Origin: an uncultured Rhodothermales bacterium
Lineage (GTDB): Bacteria; Bacteroidota; Rhodothermia; Rhodothermales; VXPQ01
Direction: 5' to 3'
Length of the DNA: 19,339 bases
Assembly: GCA_964487555.1 (NCBI GenBank)
Contig: CAZART010000036.1
Span: 23,091 to 42,429 of the forward strand
Shown here: positions 1 through 8,331 of the stretch, piece by piece
Layout of the letters: every line of letters begins with the position of its first letter
How positions within the stretch are numbered: the first letter of the stretch is position 1
Position numbers and translations under genes: made by a program
Notes under the pieces: generated by a model
What the model saw: only the letters and a program-made list of their open reading frames with translations
Told to the model about the DNA's origin: nothing
The model's database searches: none

Positions 1-2041
1 GATCGCGAAGCTGCGTCAGCCACTCGCTCTGAACCTGGTTGCGACGCTGCTGTAGGAGCTGCTCTCGAAGTTGGTTTCGCTGTGTCTCGCTGATGGGTGC
101 GGGCTCGTCGACCGAGGTCGCCTTGAGGACGAAGACGGCGTTCTGGCCGGCAACGACGCCGGAGGACTGGCCTTCCTCCAGCCCGAGGGCCGTACCGATG
201 AACTTGGGCTCACGGCCGAGACCGGGAATGACGTTCGTCGAGAATTGGACATCCTCGGCCGTCTGCACCTGTGCGTTAATTGCTTGCGCGAGACCGTCGA
301 AGCCTCGGTCATCAAGCGCGTTCTGCACGCGGCGCGTCAGCAGTTCCTTCTTTTTTTCGACGTATACACGCGGCTCCAGTTCGGATCGAACTTCCTCGAA
401 AGACCGGTAGCCTTCCTTGGCGAGTTCCTCAACCTGGCCCACTACGAATACGTCGTCGAGTTCCAGGACCTCGCTGATGTCGCCTTTCTCAGCGCTCTCG
501 AGGTAATTGAGGATCGTCCGGCTGCTGCCGAGGCCCGGAATCGATGCCTGGTCCGGCGTTACCTGGACTGTTTCTACCTTCAACTCGAGGCGCTCGGCCT
601 CCGTCTCGAAGTCGCCCGTCTCTTCCGCGAAGTAGCGAAGATCTTCGAGCACTTCCCGCATGCTGTTGAGCGTGGCAACGTCAGCGCGAACCTGCAGCGC
701 ATAATCTGCGATCTTAACATCGCTGTTGGCCCGGGCCGTCACCTTAATGAGATGGTAGCCGAACTGTGTTTTGATCGGTCCGACGATCTGGTTGGTTGGG
801 GCGCCGAAGGCCGCGTTCTCGAAGGCGTCAACCATCTGTCCGCGGCCGAACCAGCCGAGATCGCCACCACTTGAAGCGGAGCCGTCCTGCGAATGCAGCC
901 GGGCCGCGTCCTCGAACGATATGGCACCCGATTCGATCTCATTCCTGATGTCCGTCAGCCGATTGCGGACCTCCTCGTCTTCTTCGGGCGAACGGATGAG
1001 AATATGACGCGCCTGAACGGCCTCATTCTCGACCGGCCGAACGTCGCGAATCTTCACGAGGTGTGCCTGATTTCCCGCGAAGAGCGGTCCGATGACGGTT
1101 CCGGGCTCCGGATTCGGGAAAATGGCCTCGGCGATGGCCGGATCAAGCTGATTCGCAGACTGCCATTCGTCTGAGAACTGCGTCTCGGACGCATTTCGCG
1201 CCAGAAATGAAGAATCGTCCTCCGACTCAGCGAAACGCGGCTTGAGCCGCTCGAGCTCGTTCATGATGTTCGTCGAATCCTCGGCCGAAGGCTGCTTCGG
1301 TCGTGTCACGTAATTGAACGTGTACGTGCGCGGGCGGCTGTAGTCGTCCCGATGTGCGTCGTAGTAGCGCTTGAGATCGCGCTCGGTGACTGAGACGGAA
1401 TCGTTGGGGATGTCGGCGTAGCGAAGCCCCACCCAGCTCACGTCGACGGAGAGATTGCGGCGGCGGTACTCATCAAGGACATCGTCCTCCGACACGCGTA
1501 CGGTGGCCGCGATGAGGTTGTCCATTTTCTGGCGGCGGCGCTCCGCGCGAAGGTAATTTTCGATTTGAATCCAGTCCGAACGAGCCTCCGGATTGGAGAT
1601 GAAGTTCTGCAGGAGGGCACGGTCGACGTTTCCTTCTTCGTCACCGAAATAGGTGCGAATAATAGGATGGGGGTCCGAACCCATGACCATTTCGTAGATC
1701 TCCTCATCGGACACGCTGATGCCGAGGCGATCCATCTCATGCTCGCGAAGCTTGTTTTCGACGAGCTGCTGATAGACGGTTTCCCGCTGTTGATCGACCA
1801 TTTGAGGAGGCATGCTTTCGCCGGTTTGCTGCTGATACTGCTGCACCTGCGCGTCTACGGCCTGGACATACTGCTCATATGGAATAGGATCGCCGTCAAC
1901 CACAATAATATTCTGAGTGCCGCCGGAGCCCACGGTATCGAGGGCGCCGGAATCTTGAAGCACCCAGATAACACCGAAAGCGAACACGAGAATCCACAGG
2001 ACCACGCCTGTGTTCTCGCGCATCTTGGTCATCGTGCCCAT
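1..2041 (-). CDS. ppiD: Periplasmic folding chaperone PpiD (membrane-anchored peptidyl-prolyl isomerase family), 3'-partial; continues beyond window start
   Basis: Reverse complement of 2041 downward reads MGTMTKMRENTGVVLWILVFAFGVIWVLQDSG... (N-terminal TM anchor, typical PpiD start). Alternative in-frame ATGs at 2030-2032 and 2021-2023. Frame (codons at 3k+2..3k+4) is consistent down to position 2, where it reads ...REQLLQQRRNQVQSEWLTQLRD with no stop. Not in the ORF track because it runs off the edge. The plus-strand ORFs 71..874 and 1565..2206 are its antisense shadows. Confidence 0.75.
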   Translation of the reverse strand, partial: MGTMTKMRENTGVVLWILVFAFGVIWVLQDSGALDTVGSGGTQNIIVVDGDPIPYEQYVQAVDAQVQQYQQQTGESMPPQMVDQQRETVYQQLVENKLREHEMDRLGISVSDEEIYEMVMGSDPHPIIRTYFGDEEGNVDRALLQNFISNPEARSDWIQIENYLRAERRRQKMDNLIAATVRVSEDDVLDEYRRRNLSVDVSWVGLRYADIPNDSVSVTERDLKRYYDAHRDDYSRPRTYTFNYVTRPKQPSAEDSTNIMNELERLKPRFAESEDDSSFLARNASETQFSDEWQSANQLDPAIAEAIFPNPEPGTVIGPLFAGNQAHLVKIRDVRPVENEAVQARHILIRSPEEDEEVRNRLTDIRNEIESGAISFEDAARLHSQDGSASSGGDLGWFGRGQMVDAFENAAFGAPTNQIVGPIKTQFGYHLIKVTARANSDVKIADYALQVRADVATLNSMREVLEDLRYFAEETGDFETEAERLELKVETVQVTPDQASIPGLGSSRTILNYLESAEKGDISEVLELDDVFVVGQVEELAKEGYRSFEEVRSELEPRVYVEKKKELLTRRVQNALDDRGFDGLAQAINAQVQTAEDVQFSTNVIPGLGREPKFIGTALGLEEGQSSGVVAGQNAVFVLKATSVDEPAPISETQRNQLREQLLQQRRNQVQSEWLTQLRD

Positions 2042-2286
2042 CGTGGAATCTCTACCTGTTTACTATGGAAAAATGGAATCTTTCACGCTGACCACCGTCC
2101 ATTGGAGCACGAGGCTGACCGGTGGAAAAGCGTCGATGCAGGCCGCGCAGCAAATCCATGCGATTGCGAGGCTCGGAAGCGAATGAATTTTTGGAAAGTC
2201 CGGTAATATACTGAGCCCCGGCTTAATTGTTCGAGGCGTCTGCCGGTCAGAAATGAGAACTGGACTTGAAGAAATAATAGGGGCTT

Positions 2287-2303
2287 GGCCGAGACTCCTC
2301 GGC
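2287..2303 (-). terminator. Possible weak rho-independent terminator after the DUF1801 gene (end of nfeD-flotillin operon)
   Basis: Inverted repeat GGCCGAG-actc-CTCGGC(T) 25-40 nt downstream of the DUF1801 stop on the minus strand, followed on the transcript by a moderately U-rich stretch (CUAUUAUUUCUUC). Confidence 0.3.
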
Positions 2304-2327
2304 TTCCGCGTTTACCGGTCGATGGTG

Positions 2328-2711
2328 CTACAACCCGGATCGCCGCAGCGCCTCAAGGAGAAGCCAGCTGAGTCGTTCCGTCGTTTCGTCATCCACTGAT
2401 CTCACCTTTACGTGGCGCGTGTTCTTTCCGCTGCCTTCGATTCGCAGCCCGTCACGTCGGACGTCTGCCACATGGTGAACGTACAGCTTGCAGTGGTCAA
2501 GAGCAGGCTGGATGCCGCAGACGACATGGTTCGGCCCTCCGCGACTATAATGCGCATTGGCGACGGAGAGACCTCCGTAGATGTTCTCATTAAAATCCGG
2601 CATCGGCTCGCGGATCATCGTCCGCAAGGATTCCGCCGTCGCTTGTACTGGGGCGTTGAAGGGCGCTATCAGCTCCTCGAACGTGGTGGGCTTCTCGCTA
2701 TGCGTCGCCAT
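2328..2711 (-). CDS. DUF1801 (YdhG-like) domain protein
   Basis: 127 aa. Pattern FEELIAPF...AESLRTMIRE...ENIYGGLSV...HVVCGIQP...KLYVHHV...GSGKNTRHVKVRS...LSWLLLEA matches my memory of PF08818. Start overlaps the flotillin stop by 14 nt (translational coupling). Confidence 0.65.
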   Translation of the reverse strand: MATHSEKPTTFEELIAPFNAPVQATAESLRTMIREPMPDFNENIYGGLSVANAHYSRGGPNHVVCGIQPALDHCKLYVHHVADVRRDGLRIEGSGKNTRHVKVRSVDDETTERLSWLLLEALRRSGL

Positions 2712-4008
2712 GCAAGCCCTTCTTGCCGCTGGGAGGCGTCTCGACGTCCAGCACGTCCCCGTCTTTGCCGCTCATGGAGATGGTTTCTTTCTGTTCGTGG
2801 GCTCGGCGCAGCATACCGGCAATATCGACGCCGGTGGAAGCTTTCAAGCTTTCGAGAAGGGCCGGTGTGGCGCCGGCGATTTGATTGAATACGGCAGGCA
2901 CGCCCTGTCCGGCGCCGCCCCCGTCCACGACGGTCAGTTTGTCGATCTTGAGGTTGTCGACCGTCTTGATGACCTCCTTGAGAATGTCGGGCAGCATCTG
3001 GATGAGGAAGAGGCGTTCGGCGTCGGGTCCGGCCTGCTGCCAGAGGGCGAGCTTTTGCTTGAGCACATCGACCTCGGCCTGTCCATCCTCGAAGATGCGG
3101 GCGGCGTTTCCCTTGGCGATTTCTTCCTTTGCCTTGCGCTCGGCTTCGGCTTTCACGATGACCGTGGCGCGTTGGTGCTTCTCGGCAAGCTCGATCTCCT
3201 GGACGGCGAGCTCCTGCTCGGCAATGGCCCGGGCCACGTCCGCGGCGACGGTAACCTTGGCTTCCTCGGCCTCGGACCTGGCGGCGAGTTGTGCTTTGAC
3301 GATGCGAACATCGTTCTCGGCCTCGGCGATCGATTTGTCCGCCCTGGCCTCTGCCACGCGGGCCGATTCTCGCTGGGTGGCCTCCGTGATCTCAGCTGCG
3401 GCGATGATGTGTGCCGTTTGCTGGCGTCCGATGGCGTCCAGATACCCGCGATCGTCTTCCACGCTCTGGATCTTAAACGTATCAAGTTGCAGGCCGAGGG
3501 CCGAGAGGTCGGTGTCCGCCTCCTCGACGAGCTCGCGGGCGAACTTGAGGCGATCCTCATTGACCTCCTCGGGTGAGAGCAGAGCAACTACGCCGCGGAG
3601 ATTTCCTTCGAGCGTTTCTTTGGCAATCAACTGAATCTCTTCGAGGTTCTTACCGAGAAGCCGCTCGACGGCGTTGTTCAACTCGTTTTCCGTAGACGCC
3701 ACTTTTACGTTGGCAATGGCGCGCACCGAGAGGGGGATGCCGCCCTTCGAGTAGGCGTTCTTCACCGTCAAGTCGATCGGGATCGTATTGAGCGAGAGCC
3801 GATCTACCTCTTCTAGAATCGGTATCCGAAAGCCGCGGCCGCCACGGATAACGCGATAACCAAGAGACGAGCCGTCCGTCAGAGCGCGACGCCGGCCGCT
3901 GAAGATCAGCACCTCGTTCGGCTGGCAGATTTTCAGATTCGCCCTTACGATGCCCAGCACCGTCATGAACGCGAGGATGAGTATGCCGGCGATAATAAAA
4001 GCTTCCAT
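2698..4008 (-). CDS. Flotillin-like SPFH/band-7 protein (FloT/YqiK type)
   Basis: 436 aa. N-terminal hydrophobic helix, SPFH core (RGGRGFRIPILEEV..., NAYSKGGIPLSV...), long Ala/Glu-rich coiled-coil (EA repeats), flotillin C-terminal region. Confidence 0.9.
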   Translation of the reverse strand: MEAFIIAGILILAFMTVLGIVRANLKICQPNEVLIFSGRRRALTDGSSLGYRVIRGGRGFRIPILEEVDRLSLNTIPIDLTVKNAYSKGGIPLSVRAIANVKVASTENELNNAVERLLGKNLEEIQLIAKETLEGNLRGVVALLSPEEVNEDRLKFARELVEEADTDLSALGLQLDTFKIQSVEDDRGYLDAIGRQQTAHIIAAAEITEATQRESARVAEARADKSIAEAENDVRIVKAQLAARSEAEEAKVTVAADVARAIAEQELAVQEIELAEKHQRATVIVKAEAERKAKEEIAKGNAARIFEDGQAEVDVLKQKLALWQQAGPDAERLFLIQMLPDILKEVIKTVDNLKIDKLTVVDGGGAGQGVPAVFNQIAGATPALLESLKASTGVDIAGMLRRAHEQKETISMSGKDGDVLDVETPPSGKKGLHGDA

Positions 4009-4077
4009 AGCGGGTTACGGTCTGTCTTCGGTGCTGGAGCAGCTCCGAATGGTGAACGAACGGGCAGCGGGGCTGCC

Positions 4078-4659
4078 CTACTCCGGTTTAACGACTTCGA
4101 CGACGGATCCGTTGACGCGTATCACTACGACTTCGTCTCCGGGATTGAAAGCGTCCATCGTCTGATTTTCGAATGCGCGGGCCACGAGATGCAGGCTCTG
4201 ACCCCGGGTGACCAGGCTGATCTTACCGCGCCGGTTGCCCTTGAAAGGTATGAGAACCTTGCCTGTCATTCCCTTCAATTCTTTCGTCGATACATCGCTT
4301 GATACGTGCTCGTATCCGACGCGCTTTATGAGATAATTGCCGCCCAGACCGACGAGAGTTCCAACGAGTGCGGCGAGCACTGCGGTAAAGGGTTCTCCGG
4401 TGCCGGCCAGCGAAAGCGCAAGCCCGGTCAAGCCGAAAAACGCGGCGAACAAGAACAGAGCGCGTACCGAGAACAGATCCACTAGATCGGTCCCGGCGGC
4501 GTCGGCAACGGTATTCACCTCACCCTCCAGGTTCACATCGGCATCGGCATCGACGTCGAGGTCTACATCGGCATCGGAATCGCCGCCCCCGAAGAGAGAC
4601 AGAAGAACGAAGAATCCACCTACAAGAAGGCAGATCAGATAGAGGGTCGTCATAGGCAC
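4078..4659 (-). CDS. NfeD-family membrane protein (YqiJ/YuaF-like flotillin partner)
   Basis: 193 aa. N-terminal TM, second TM pair, C-terminal OB-fold beta-barrel (GMTGKVLIPFKGNRRGKISL...GDEVVVIRVNGSVVEV). Immediately upstream of flotillin, the classic nfeD-floT/yqiJK arrangement. Contains an acidic D/V repeat linker (DSDADVDLDVDADADVNLEGEV). Confidence 0.85.
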   Translation of the reverse strand: MPMTTLYLICLLVGGFFVLLSLFGGGDSDADVDLDVDADADVNLEGEVNTVADAAGTDLVDLFSVRALFLFAAFFGLTGLALSLAGTGEPFTAVLAALVGTLVGLGGNYLIKRVGYEHVSSDVSTKELKGMTGKVLIPFKGNRRGKISLVTRGQSLHLVARAFENQTMDAFNPGDEVVVIRVNGSVVEVVKPE

Positions 4660-4907
4660 CTGCGAGTAGATTGAACGGGAGGTACCACACCATCATGATA
4701 ACTGCCCCGGTCGCGGGGGTCAACGGGTGCACACGCTACTTTCTGTTTGAAGCCTCGGAACTTCTTGGTCGAAGCCTCACGTGCGCGCTCGTCCGTTTGG
4801 AGCGGCCAGGGTGCTTGTCTACGGAAAAACCCTCATTTCGTTGCGTTTCGTCCGACTATCGCCTGAACCACGATGTTCGATTCAGCACCTGATCGGGGGT
4901 TGCGCCT

Positions 4908-4942
4908 GGTGCATCTGTGCGTATACCGTGCATCTGTGCGTA
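4908..4942. repeat. Tandem direct repeat, 2 x ~19 bp (GTGCATCTGTGCGTATACC / GTGCATCTGTGCGTATTCG)
   Basis: Seen directly in the sequence, in the noncoding region upstream of nfeD. Confidence 0.8.
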
Positions 4943-5021
4943 TTCGATAGACACGAACGAGCTGCGCCATGCTGCGAGGCTTATCGGTGGCTACGGCCGG
5001 TGCGTACAATTGCCGGGCGCC

Positions 5022-5049
5022 AATTGAGGCACGGCATATTGAGGCACGG
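5022..5049. repeat. Tandem direct repeat, 2 x 13 bp ATTGAGGCACGGC with 15-bp period
   Basis: Seen directly in the sequence: attgaggcacggc at attgaggcacggc. Confidence 0.8.
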
Positions 5050-5224
5050 CGGAGCCGTTGTCTAGCCGTCGCTCAGCGGCATCATGTTCTCGAAGATCCA
5101 GTCCGGACAGCTGTCTCGATCGGCAAAATACTTGCTCGCGCGCGGTGGAACCAGAAGATCGGAGATTATCGCCGCCTCGCCGGCACGGAATTGAGCCAGG
5201 CGTTTTGCGACGTGGTCCGCCGTC

Positions 5225-5926
5225 TCACGATTTGAATAGGTGCGGGTTTCGCTGGATGAATTTGTGGATCCAGTGTTCAATGAACGAGCGCTTTCCCTGG
5301 CGCATATACCGCCAGCCGAGGGCGCTGATGACGAGTGCGCCGGCCGCATCTACAATTAGATCCCACATCGTGTCCGCAAGGCCTGACGGGTCGCCGAGCA
5401 TCGGTTTCTGCATGTTCGTGCCGAACATGCGATCCATTCCGAATTCGAACATCTCCCACACGGAGCCGACGGAAACCGCAAATGCGAAAGCGAAGATGGC
5501 AACGAAGCGCGGGCGCATGTGCAGTTCGATGCGCTCGCTTTCGTTGAGTATGTAGACGAGCAGAAAACCCAGAATTCCGAGGAGGAGGCCGGAGACGGCG
5601 TGCAGTGCCATGTCCCACCACCAGATCCGCTCGTAATAGCTCTGGATCTCCCCGAGAAACACCGAGGCAAAAACGAAGGCGATCGTGAGCACCTGGAATT
5701 CGGCGGGGATATCGACGGTCTTCCAACGGCGGAGAAACATGGGGACGAGCGTGCCTCCCATAATCATCAAGACGAGGAAGACGTTTAGCCACTGCCTGTT
5801 GAGGAGCACCAGCACGAGCTCACCTGCCAGGATGACCTGCAGGATGAAGACCGTGCTCCTGTGGATTCGCGCGACGAGGCCGGTTTCTACCCCGTACCCC
5901 GGCGTCGAGGGCATCTCGCTCATCAA
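5225..5926 (-). CDS. Polytopic inner-membrane protein of unknown function (about 6 TM helices; possibly DUF2238/YjdF-like)
   Basis: 233 aa, multiple hydrophobic helices, conserved-looking EMFEFGMDRMFGTNMQKPMLGDPSGLADTMWDLIVD segment. Starts 16 nt after the DGPF gene stop. The overlapping ORF 5277..5792 (Arg-rich, different frame) is rejected. Confidence 0.6.
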   Translation of the reverse strand: MMSEMPSTPGYGVETGLVARIHRSTVFILQVILAGELVLVLLNRQWLNVFLVLMIMGGTLVPMFLRRWKTVDIPAEFQVLTIAFVFASVFLGEIQSYYERIWWWDMALHAVSGLLLGILGFLLVYILNESERIELHMRPRFVAIFAFAFAVSVGSVWEMFEFGMDRMFGTNMQKPMLGDPSGLADTMWDLIVDAAGALVISALGWRYMRQGKRSFIEHWIHKFIQRNPHLFKS

Positions 5927-5942
5927 GAACTGCGTTCGTGGC

Positions 5943-6275
5943 TCAGGGCTTCAGCTGTCGGACGGGTCTTACCTCGATACTGCCTACCCGCGCCGGGGGA
6001 ATGTTTGACGCCACGCGGATGGCGTCGTTCAGGTCGCGGGCGTCGATGAGATAAAACCCGGCGAGCTGCTCCTTCGTTTCGGCGAAGGGGCCGTCGGTAA
6101 TCGACACTTTTCCGCTGCGGACGCGCACAGTCGTAGCCGTCTGCACCGATTCTAGTGCCTCGGCGGCGATGCGCTGACCGCTGTCGTCGAGCATCTGACC
6201 GAAGGCCATACATTCGGCGTCCGGGACGTCGGTCAGCGTGGCTTCATCCATGTAGACCAGGCAAAGGTATTTCAT
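5943..6275 (-). CDS. YciI-like / DGPF-domain protein (YCII-related, PF03795)
   Basis: The track ORF 5943..6521 has a junk Arg/Pro-rich N-terminus. The internal ATG at 6273-6275 gives a 110-aa protein MKYLCLVYMDEATL...ITDGPFAETKEQLAGFYLIDARDLNDAI... carrying the diagnostic DGPF motif. This family is a known genomic partner of ECF42 sigma factors. Confidence 0.8.
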   Translation of the reverse strand: MKYLCLVYMDEATLTDVPDAECMAFGQMLDDSGQRIAAEALESVQTATTVRVRSGKVSITDGPFAETKEQLAGFYLIDARDLNDAIRVASNIPPARVGSIEVRPVRQLKP

Positions 6276-6310
6276 CGTATTCGGTGGAAAATATGGAGGG
6301 GACCGTTCAC

Positions 6311-6342
6311 TATTAGTCGGATAGACAGGCCGGAAATCGACA
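6311..6342 (-). promoter_or_regulatory. Candidate ECF42-type promoter (TGTCGA -35-like, 16 nt, CGAC -10-like) about 40 nt upstream of the DGPF gene ATG
   Basis: The minus strand reads TGTCGA(6342-6337)-TTTCCGGCCTGTCTAT-CCGAC. From memory of the Mascher-lab ECF classification, the ECF42 target motif is TGTCGA in the -35 region and CG(A/T)C in the -10 region. The motif is recalled, not looked up. Confidence 0.35.
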
Positions 6343-6367
6343 ACGGGACTACGCCTTTGAAGGTTCT

Positions 6368-7831
6368 CTAGCTGCGGGCTCCGATATCGACCGCAATCGA
6401 ACGCCACTTTCCTTGATTGAAGCGCAGCGCGCTCAACGCGCACCGCGTGATGTGGCCGAGGAGAATGGCGATCCAGATGTCGATCGGATCGAGGACGGAC
6501 ACCTGTTGAATGATGAAGCACATGCCCAGGGGAATGACGATCTGCGAGACGATCGAGATATAAAGCGGACTCCTCGTGTCGCCGGTTCCCTGAAGCCCGC
6601 CGGTGTACGTGAGCGCAACGGCGATGAAGAGTCCCGATACGCTGAGAATCCGCAGGAGCTGTACTCCGATCTCCACCACGAGCGGCTCATTCATACCGAA
6701 CGCGGCGAGCAGCTGTTCGGGCAGGAAGAGGAAGAAGGCTCCAACGCCCGTAGCAGTGACGACGCCGATACGCGCAGCAACGTGCACGGCTTTTTCGGCT
6801 CGGTCCGCATTGCCGGCGCCGAGGTTCTGGCCTGCAACCGTCGCCGCCGCACCCAGCAGACCGACGGACGTCCATGTGATGAACGAGAAAAGCTGAGTGT
6901 ACGAAACCGCGTAGGCGGCCTGGGCTGCGGCGCTATCTGCGAGCGAGCCGACGAATGCGAGCAGGAACACGCCGCCGACGTTCATGGCGATCCCCTGAAT
7001 GCCGGTGGGCAGCCCAAATCGAAACAGGGCGCGGATGATGCCCCAGTCAGGGCCGAAGCGGCCGCCGCGCGGAAAGGCAACGACCCATCCACCCGTCCAC
7101 AGTTTGATGAGAGCATAGACGGCGACCGCGCCGCCGGCGACGACGGTGCCCATGGCGGCGCCCGTCGTCCCGAACGCGGGAACAGGGCCGAGTCCTGGAA
7201 TGAGGATGATGTTGAGGAGTAGATTCAGCAGCGTGAGGGCGATGCCGAGGCGAAGCGGCGTTTTCGCGTCGCCGGCCGATCGAAGCGCGCCTCCGAGCAT
7301 GAAGAACACGAGCATGCCGCTGCTGAACAGAAACATCGTTCGCAGATAGGGCAGGGCTTCCGTCTGCACTTCCGGGGCGGCATTCACGAGATCGAGAAGC
7401 CACGGTGCGGCGAAGTACCCGAGGGGAGCAAATATTCCCAGCGAGAGGCCCATGGCCGTCAGAAATGCCTGATAGACGGTACGATCCGTCTTCTCCACGT
7501 CACCCGCGCCCACGAAGCGCGCGACGAGGACGCTCATTCCCGTGAAGAGGGAGGTAATGAAGACGATGACGACCAGGAAGATCTGCCAGCTTACGCCGAT
7601 GGCTGCATTTCCGGTGAACCCGACGTAGTGGCCGACGAGGGCATGGTCGACCAGGCCCTGCAGTCCGCCTATCGCATTTTGCAGCATCGTAGGCCAGGCG
7701 ATCTTCCAGACCGCAGGTAGCAAGGGGCCTTCCACAATCGAGCGGTCGTACCGGGGCCGCGTCGGTGGGGGAGGCGGTATGAGCGGCTCGGCACCCGCTG
7801 CGACAGGGGACGACGCGGCGTTATCTTTCAT
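6368..7831 (-). CDS. MATE-family multidrug/toxin efflux transporter (NorM/DinF-like), 12 TM
   Basis: 487 aa. Duplicated 6-TM MATE architecture with typical WPTMLQN..., GLGP..., GLPTGIQ segments. About 35-aa Pro-rich N-terminal extension. The ATG at 7829-7831 overlaps the stop of the upstream small ORF (ATGA). Confidence 0.9.
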   Translation of the reverse strand: MKDNAASSPVAAGAEPLIPPPPPTRPRYDRSIVEGPLLPAVWKIAWPTMLQNAIGGLQGLVDHALVGHYVGFTGNAAIGVSWQIFLVVIVFITSLFTGMSVLVARFVGAGDVEKTDRTVYQAFLTAMGLSLGIFAPLGYFAAPWLLDLVNAAPEVQTEALPYLRTMFLFSSGMLVFFMLGGALRSAGDAKTPLRLGIALTLLNLLLNIILIPGLGPVPAFGTTGAAMGTVVAGGAVAVYALIKLWTGGWVVAFPRGGRFGPDWGIIRALFRFGLPTGIQGIAMNVGGVFLLAFVGSLADSAAAQAAYAVSYTQLFSFITWTSVGLLGAAATVAGQNLGAGNADRAEKAVHVAARIGVVTATGVGAFFLFLPEQLLAAFGMNEPLVVEIGVQLLRILSVSGLFIAVALTYTGGLQGTGDTRSPLYISIVSQIVIPLGMCFIIQQVSVLDPIDIWIAILLGHITRCALSALRFNQGKWRSIAVDIGARS

Positions 7832-8013
7832 TTATGGTCGTTTTCCGGTCGTGGCCGATTCGATTCCCCAATACGCCGATGGTGCGTTTTCATGAATTCG
7901 CGCCAGGTACCGTTCTCGTCGAGGGTGCCCGCGTAGATCCAGAGGTGGGTCATCATGGATCCAATCCGCATCCCAACGGAACGATCCTTCTGCGGATCGA
8001 AGCCGAGGGTCAT
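7828..8013 (-). CDS. Small hypothetical protein (61 aa from ATG 8011-8013; alternatively 71 aa from ATG 8041-8043), translationally coupled to the MATE gene
   Basis: Only the C-terminal part of track ORF 7828..8310 looks coding (MTLGFDPQKDRSVGMRIGSMMTHLWIYAGTLDENGTWREFMKTH...). GC3 is about 70-80% in this frame by my count, there is a GAAGG 7 nt upstream of the ATG, and the stop TGA overlaps the MATE ATG. The upstream Arg-rich part of the ORF is junk. No family recognised. Confidence 0.3.
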   Translation of the reverse strand: MTLGFDPQKDRSVGMRIGSMMTHLWIYAGTLDENGTWREFMKTHHRRIGESNRPRPENDHK

Positions 8014-8331
8014 TACCTTCGACGCATCGCCTCCCCCCGGCATGCTGCCTCGCCCCTTCGGCGGCGAGCCACCGTCCGCCAAGCAAACGTACGGTCTCCG
8101 TGCCTTCGATCTTGTCGTCGGAAAGAGCTTTCTCGGTCGTCGAAGCGCCTTCGAATCTCCAATCGCCGACGAGTTGTTGCAGCCTCTAATGTTCGTGACC
8201 GGGCCGGGCGTACACGACGGCGTGTTCGTGCTGTTTCTGATTCGTTTCCATCGTGGTGATCTTTGATTATGGGGGCGTCTGTACCAGATTGTCGACCGAT
8301 TGCGTGGCAAATCGACGATGCGTGGTGCTTT

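Noticed and set aside
71-874. 267-aa plus-strand ORF, with 1565..2206, 893..1174 and others, inside the ppiD region
   Set aside because: Leu/Arg/Glu-rich translation typical of the antisense strand of a high-GC gene. The minus strand encodes a convincing PpiD with a TM anchor and a continuous frame to the window edge.
2581-3634. Plus-strand ORFs 2581..3576 (331 aa) and 2885..3634 (249 aa)
   Set aside because: Antisense to the flotillin gene. Low-complexity Gly/Leu/Asp or Ser/Ala-rich translations with no domain features.
4671-5235. Plus-strand ORFs 4671..4892, 4781..5065 and 4969..5235 in the long noncoding leader
   Set aside because: Low GC3 (about 55%), Cys/Arg-rich improbable peptides, and they span the tandem repeats. 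The region is treated as noncoding regulatory DNA.
5277-5792. 171-aa minus-strand ORF overlapping the membrane-protein gene
   Set aside because: Alternative frame, Arg/Pro-rich with no hydrophobic segments. The 233-aa frame encodes coherent TM helices.
6413-7222. 269-aa plus-strand ORF, and minus ORF 7047..7403
   Set aside because: Antisense or off-frame shadows of the MATE gene. Charged, Arg-rich, with no TM segments, while the minus frame gives a textbook 12-TM MATE.
7834-8266. Plus-strand ORFs 7834..8259 (141 aa) and 7955..8266 (103 aa), and minus ORF 8013..8351 (112 aa)
   Set aside because: Arg/Pro-rich junk translations with GC3 lower than the opposing minus frame. 8013..8351 begins at a TTG and is an off-frame shadow. 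Only the distal 61-71 codons of the minus frame 7828..8310 look coding.
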